Source of the DNA: Ranitomeya imitator | Taxonomy: Eukaryota | Assembly (NCBI RefSeq): GCF_032444005.1 | Contig: NC_091282.1 | Location: 1,228,592,001-1,228,656,000 of the forward strand | Direction: 5' to 3' | DNA: 64,000 nt | Shown: positions 59,004 through 64,000 of the stretch, piece after piece | How the letters are laid out: every line of letters starts with the position of its first letter | Position numbering within the stretch: position 1 is the stretch's first letter | Notes under the pieces: generated by a model | What the model was told of the DNA's origin: nothing | Seen by the model: the letters and a program-made list of their open reading frames with translations, nothing else | Database searches by the model: none | Translations under genes and position numbers: made by a program

Positions 59004-61574
59004 GTCTTGGAGCCTCCTTTCTTAGTGACGTCCCAGACACAACGAGATGGTTCTCTAAAACTTTCTATTATTCTATTTTTTTCCCCATTTTTCCTCATAT
59101 AATGTCAAATTTTGCAGTTTTGTTACTTAAAGGTTGTCTATGACTTAGAAATTGAGTTCTAAAGCCCCAATCTCGGAATTGCTTGGATGCCCAGCGATCA
59201 GACCTCAAAGTTATCCCCTATCCTGTAAGTAGGGCCATACTTGTGTATTTTTATGAATAAACTGAGTAGTGGGTGCACAGCCCAAAGTTGGCAATACTCA
59301 TAAAATAATTGCCAAATGAATCCTGTTTGGTGGAACAGAGGGGAACATCTCCGGACCATCACAGTGGAAGAATCAAACGTGACCAACCTAACTACTTTCC
59401 GAGACTGGACACCAATCCTATTCCACACATTCGATTTCCAGTAGATCCTGTTGAAAGCTGCTGACACCAATGAAATATTTATGACCATATTACGAAATAT
59501 ACTTTTTTTTGGCTAAATCCAAAACAGTTTTCCAACTTGTGGCAAGTTCTAACCAGTTGTCTACCACTTTTTTTTATATCCACACCTAAACATCCTTTAA
59601 ATGAATAGGAAAAAGGAAAGCAGTAAAAAAAAAAATATTAACAGATAAAAATAAAGCAATATGAAAAAGTCAGAATCCATAATTTGCCTGATGGATTTTA
59701 TACAGTAATCTCATTATATGTATTCCATATGTTTTCATTAGATTTTTAGTATTTCGCCTTCTACCTTCAATGAGGCAAGAAAATTACGTCTACAAGCAAG
59801 AGCAGATGTAAATATTCCTTTATCCATAAATTTATTAATACACTCAATGTTTTACTTGTTTTTCCAATAGAAATACATGGTGTGGGCTTATACGGTTGGA
59901 TAAAGTCAAACAAACCTCATTAACCTTCAATTTTCTTACACCACTTTAAAATGTAATTGCTCCGTAGCCTTAAATCCCAATTTCCTTTCAATTTTTTCAT
60001 AAGTACCTGTTAATTGCTAGACTCCATCTAGGTTTTGGCAACAAATTGACATTTTTTTTTCCAATTCTCCATTTTTTTCGTACTTTTTTTTTTTTTTTTA
60101 TAGCGCCTGGGAACAGAGACGCAGTTGGAGAACGGGTGTATTTTTCCAAGCGTGGGATTACAACTTTTACAAACTCCCTACACATAGAGCTAAAAAAAGG
60201 ACACAAATCTGTTCTTGAAATCCACACTCCAGGCTGAGCGAACGCCCTTCTGATTCAAAGGGTGTTATTTCTAATTAAGAATTTTAATAGTCAAGGTGTT
60301 TTTGGAACAAATGGAGTCAGTTCTAGGTAATTTTTTATAGCCAGGATGCAATATATTTGAAAATGAAATTTTAAGTACAGGTTTGATATTCCAAGGTTGG
60401 GGCAAAAACAGTGCAGGAAACGGTCAATAAAGCAAAGAATGAAAAAGAAAAATCAATGCGGAGAGACAGTGGCCAAATATTTTCTGGCAATAGTTCCTGG
60501 CCAAAAATTTTGGAGCTACTTAAAAGTTGAAATATGATTTCCCCCAATCTTTTTTTTATATTTTTTTTGCAAGTGGTCTAATTGAATTATTATATTATTC
60601 TCTGGAGGTTAATTCAATATATATCCTTCATCCTGTGGAATGAAGACAAGAAAAAAAAATTCAAGCAATAACTTCACGAATGTTTAGTGCCAGAGGATTT
60701 TTACGTTGAAAAATTGTTTTTCAAACCTCCAATACTTTCTTTTCTTGGCCATTACTGAAGCCTCGGTTCACATGGATAATTAATCCAAGTGTAATTCCAT
60801 TGACTGAGATCCATGTAGCGATTGATGGGACAGACTCGTTTTCCACCGTGAACTGTTAACATTCAGCATTAACAGTAAAATAATCACAGAGCTGAGATTT
60901 GTTCTGTTCACGTTGGGAAGGTCTACATTGTGATCATCCGGTTTCACTTTTTATCATCTTTTCAATATGACAACATAAATATTTTTTCCCATCATTTTTG
61001 GCAGATCTATTATTTGCACAGTAGCATCATAAAAATGCAGTATATAATGGAACAGCAGATGACTATGATCACCACTTCTTACGGGTTACATAGAGACATC
61101 ACATGTTAGGTGTCGAGTTCCCGCCTCTACACAGGGGGAATCCGAACCATCTCTGCTGCGGTCTCCTATTCTTCTCCAGCCGCAGTGGAGTCTGCTCAGT
61201 GGAGACGTCAGTCCCAGCGTCTTGCTCAGTCTCACTCTGTGCATAGGGTTACTGCTGCTTTTCCAGCTTCTGCCATTGAAGCCAGTGCTGGGCAGCGGCG
61301 AGCAGACGGTTCTGGGACTAAGTCCTACTTTGCACACACTGAGCATGCCCAGGGCAAGATGTCTCAGTGGAGATCTAGGGTCACATGCTCAGGTACTGCA
61401 GCGACTTCCATTGGTCCTTCTCACGCAAGGTCCTGTAGGTACTAGTACTAAGTTCTGCTTTGCACACTGAGCATGCCCAGGGCAAGATCTCTCAGTGGAG
61501 ATCTAGGGTCACATGCTCAGGTACTGCAGCAATTCCATTGGTCCTTCTTTGAAAGGTCCTATACGTGCTGCAGC

Positions 61575-61615
61575 TATTTAAGGCTCGCATGGCCGCACAG
61601 CCATGCACTAGTGTA
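61575..61615 (+). promoter_or_regulatory. LTR TATA-like box and inferred transcription start
   Basis: TATTTAA at 61575 with GCACTAGTGTA starting 30 nt later. The same 30-nt spacing occurs in the LTRs at 1167/1197 and 7905/7875 (minus). Confidence 0.6.
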
Positions 61616-62165
61616 CATTTGTAATCGTGTGTGTGATGTGAGTGAAAGTCGTTCTTTAAAATCCCCTCCCTATTGGATGACTGTTCGCGGAAGGTGTATG
61701 ATTGCTGTCTAGCGCCCGACTTACCCAACAGCACGTTACACACCAATACAGCGTCTAGTTGCTGTGTCCGCCAGTGCGGCGCCGTGCGCTTTCACAGCGC
61801 TTTCCTGACCCAAGCCTGGGTGGTTAGTGGCGTCCGTGCATTCTTTTGTTATTATTTTGGTTACGCTGTCACCCCAGTTGCGGTGTCGACCGCAAGTAGT
61901 CTACACAGGCTCAGATCCCAAGTCTTAGGACTGAGCTCGGAGACTCCTTGCTTGTGCTCTTGTGTGCGGTACCATGGCCCTGTGACTTAACAGGGTTCGC
62001 TTCCTTCACACAGGGTGAGGTTAACCCGTGTGTAGTCACATTGTACCGCCATATAGTCCGTCATTACTTGGCAGCAGGTTCCATCTCTGCACGGTGGACC
62101 CCGGGCTGCGAACGCACCTTATTCTACCTATCTTATTATTTGGTGCGTTCCGCGAGCCCTAACAT

Positions 62166-62176
62166 TACACTAGCGC
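62166..62176 (+). other. Self-priming-type primer binding site
   Basis: TACACTAGCGC begins after a single intervening base following the LTR end. It lacks the TGG of a tRNA PBS and is complementary (10/11) to 61605-61615. Confidence 0.6.
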
Positions 62177-62192
62177 CAGGGTCTGGCTAGTA

Positions 62193-63374
62193 ATGATGGA
62201 CAAACAGCAATCTTTGCAGTACATCCAGCAGCTGGAGGGTAGGTTGGCGGCTCTCGAGCGCACAACCATAGCTGTGGATGTAACCGCAGTTGCTGTTCAA
62301 GCTGCTAGTGTGGCTGCAGCAACCTTGTCCACTGCCACCCCTGTACCGACTCTATCTCACCTCCGGCTGCCAGAAAAATTTTCTGGTGATAGTAAGTCTT
62401 GTAGGGGTTTCGTGAGTCAGTGCTCTATACATCTCGAGCTTCTGGCCTCTCGTTTCCCTACAGAGCGGGCAAAGGTGGGATTTATTGTGTCTCTCCTGTC
62501 GGACAGGGCGTTAGAGTGGGCTACGCCGCTGTGGGAGCGTGGAGATCATGTGGTGCAGAGTGCTTCGTTTTTCCTGAGCACTCTGAAACAGGTCTTTTTA
62601 GGACCTCGTGTCACCCATGATACGGCGCTCCAACTATTGGCATTGACTCAGGGCTCGTCCTTGGTCAGCCATTTTGCCGTCCACTTCCGCACTCTAGCAT
62701 CTGAGCTGGAGTGGTCGGATAAAGCCCTAATTCCGATATTTTGGAGGGGGCTGGCTGACCACGTGAAGGACGCTCTGGCCACTAGGGAGATTCCCGCCAC
62801 ACTGGAGGAGTTAATAGCAGTGTCCACTCGTATTGACCTCCATTTTCACGAGCGGAGGTTAGAGCGAGCCCAGTGTAGGCAGAGGTTTCGGCTGGCACCC
62901 ACCTTCGCCAAACCTTTGGAATCTCCAGTCCAGGCTCCTGAGTCACATGAGGCCATGGAAGTGTCACGAGCGGGATCTAAGTCCCGGACCGCTCGTGCAC
63001 TCCAGGTTTGTCATGTTTGCCAGCAGTCAGGACATCTTGCCACCAGATGTTCCCAGCGGTCGAGGAAACGTCAGCGTCTAGTGGTAGTAGGTGGAGGTAC
63101 ACTAGACACGGCGACGTTTGCTTCCAAATTGTCCTTTAAGGGGACAATAACAATAGGCTCATTCACTCACTCATTCTGGGGCGGAGGGCAATTTTATGTC
63201 TTCTGCCTTCGCCCAACATCACGCAATACCCCTGGTTATGCTAGCTCAAGCAGTAACGGTACGAGCGGTGAATGGGTTGACATTGCCCTCACAGATAACA
63301 CACCAGACCATCCCTTTTACTCTGTCCATGTCGCCATCCCATCAGGAGGTTATATCTCTGCTCGTCATTCCTGA
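62193..63374 (+). CDS. gag: Sushi/PEG10-like Gag (continues into the start of protease, then goes out of frame near 63172)
   Basis: RLPEKFSGDSKSCRGFVSQC..LLSDRALEWATPLW..LTQG..ELEWSDKALIPIFWRGL; CX2CX4HX4C knuckle CHVCQQSGHLATRC. Confidence 0.9.
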   Translation: MMDKQQSLQYIQQLEGRLAALERTTIAVDVTAVAVQAASVAAATLSTATPVPTLSHLRLPEKFSGDSKSCRGFVSQCSIHLELLASRFPTERAKVGFIVSLLSDRALEWATPLWERGDHVVQSASFFLSTLKQVFLGPRVTHDTALQLLALTQGSSLVSHFAVHFRTLASELEWSDKALIPIFWRGLADHVKDALATREIPATLEELIAVSTRIDLHFHERRLERAQCRQRFRLAPTFAKPLESPVQAPESHEAMEVSRAGSKSRTARALQVCHVCQQSGHLATRCSQRSRKRQRLVVVGGGTLDTATFASKLSFKGTITIGSFTHSFWGGGQFYVFCLRPTSRNTPGYASSSSNGTSGEWVDIALTDNTPDHPFYSVHVAIPSGGYISARHS

Positions 63375-64000
63375 GGGAATTGATGAGATCCTGTTGGGGA
63401 TACCTTGGCTACGGTACCACTCTCCTCATATCAAGTGGTCCTCAGGCAGAATTCTGGGATGGGGTGAATCTTGTGGGGGTAGATGTCAGAGGGAGTGCAT
63501 TCAGGTTGCTACTACAGAGGTACCCGCAGATCTATCCTCTCTCCCCAAGCAATATTGGTCCTATGCGGATGTGTTCTCCAAAAAGGCGGCGGAGACCCTT
63601 CCGCCCTATCGCCCCTATGATGGTCCTATTGATCTCTTGCCTGGTGCTGAGCCTCCCCGGGGTCGAGTCTATCCGTTATCTCTCCCGGAGACGGAGGCAA
63701 TGTCTCAGTACATTCAAGAGAATCTGGCAAGAGGCTTCATCAGGAAGTCAGTGTCACCTGCTGGGGCAGGGTTCTTTTTCGTGGAGAAGATTTGGGAACT
63801 ACTTCCATGCATAGATCATAGGGGTCTTAATGCCATCACTGTAAAGAATAAGTATCCTTTGCCCCTGACATCTGAGCTTTTTGATAGGCTATGGGGAGCA
63901 AGGGTATTCTGTGGGGTGCTTACAACCTGATTCGCATCCGTGAGGGGGACGAATGGAAGATGGCTTTTAACACCAGGGATGAGCACTATGAATATCTGGT
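63172..64000 (+). pseudogene. pol: Defective pol (protease remainder and RT N-terminus)
   Basis: HSGAEGNF where D(S/T)GA is expected. LLGIPWL, LPPYRPYD, SPAGAGFFFV, KNKYPLP. Frameshift near 63912 before [15 protein letters not shown]. Confidence 0.85.

Larger units (their letters stand above)
61104..64000 (+). mobile_element. Ty3/Gypsy (Tf1/sushi-like) LTR retrotransposon, 5' part; 5' LTR is 61104-62164
   Basis: LTR TGTTAGG...CCTAACA followed by gag with a CCHC knuckle, then protease and RT motifs. The element runs off the window. Confidence 0.95.

Noticed and set aside
59127-59600. Possible T2-MITE (TTAAAGGTTG...CATCCTTTAA), or an NVT/NLT-containing plus-strand exon inside it
   Set aside because: The TIR match is only ~7/9 with no internal symmetry, and the open frame has no convincing splice sites.

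Overview
Eukaryotic, repeat-dense DNA. The transposon families suggest an anuran amphibian genome (inference only). No intact host gene can be called with confidence. 1-15 kb: nested non-autonomous DNA transposons (TTAA piggyBac-like, 8-bp-TSD hAT, T2/Kolobok MITE), three solo LTRs with exact 5-bp TSDs, a hammerhead-like motif, a CR1 tail, a possible decayed TAS2R-like gene and a 355-N gap. 15.8-42.1 kb: a ~26-kb compound satellite. It holds roughly 700 copies of a pyrimidine-rich 32-mer that reads like a 3' splice site, split by 8 copies of a 365-bp spacer. Each spacer carries a candidate 78-nt exon for a Ser/Thr-rich, N-glycosylatable 26-aa module. 43-59 kb: remnants of Tc1, CR1, L1, Gypsy and Penelope elements plus MITEs; one Penelope RT motif is amplified 8x in frame. 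61.1-64 kb: the 5' part of a Tf1/sushi-type Gypsy element with a self-priming signature in place of a tRNA primer site. Most ORFs in the supplied track are repeat artefacts.
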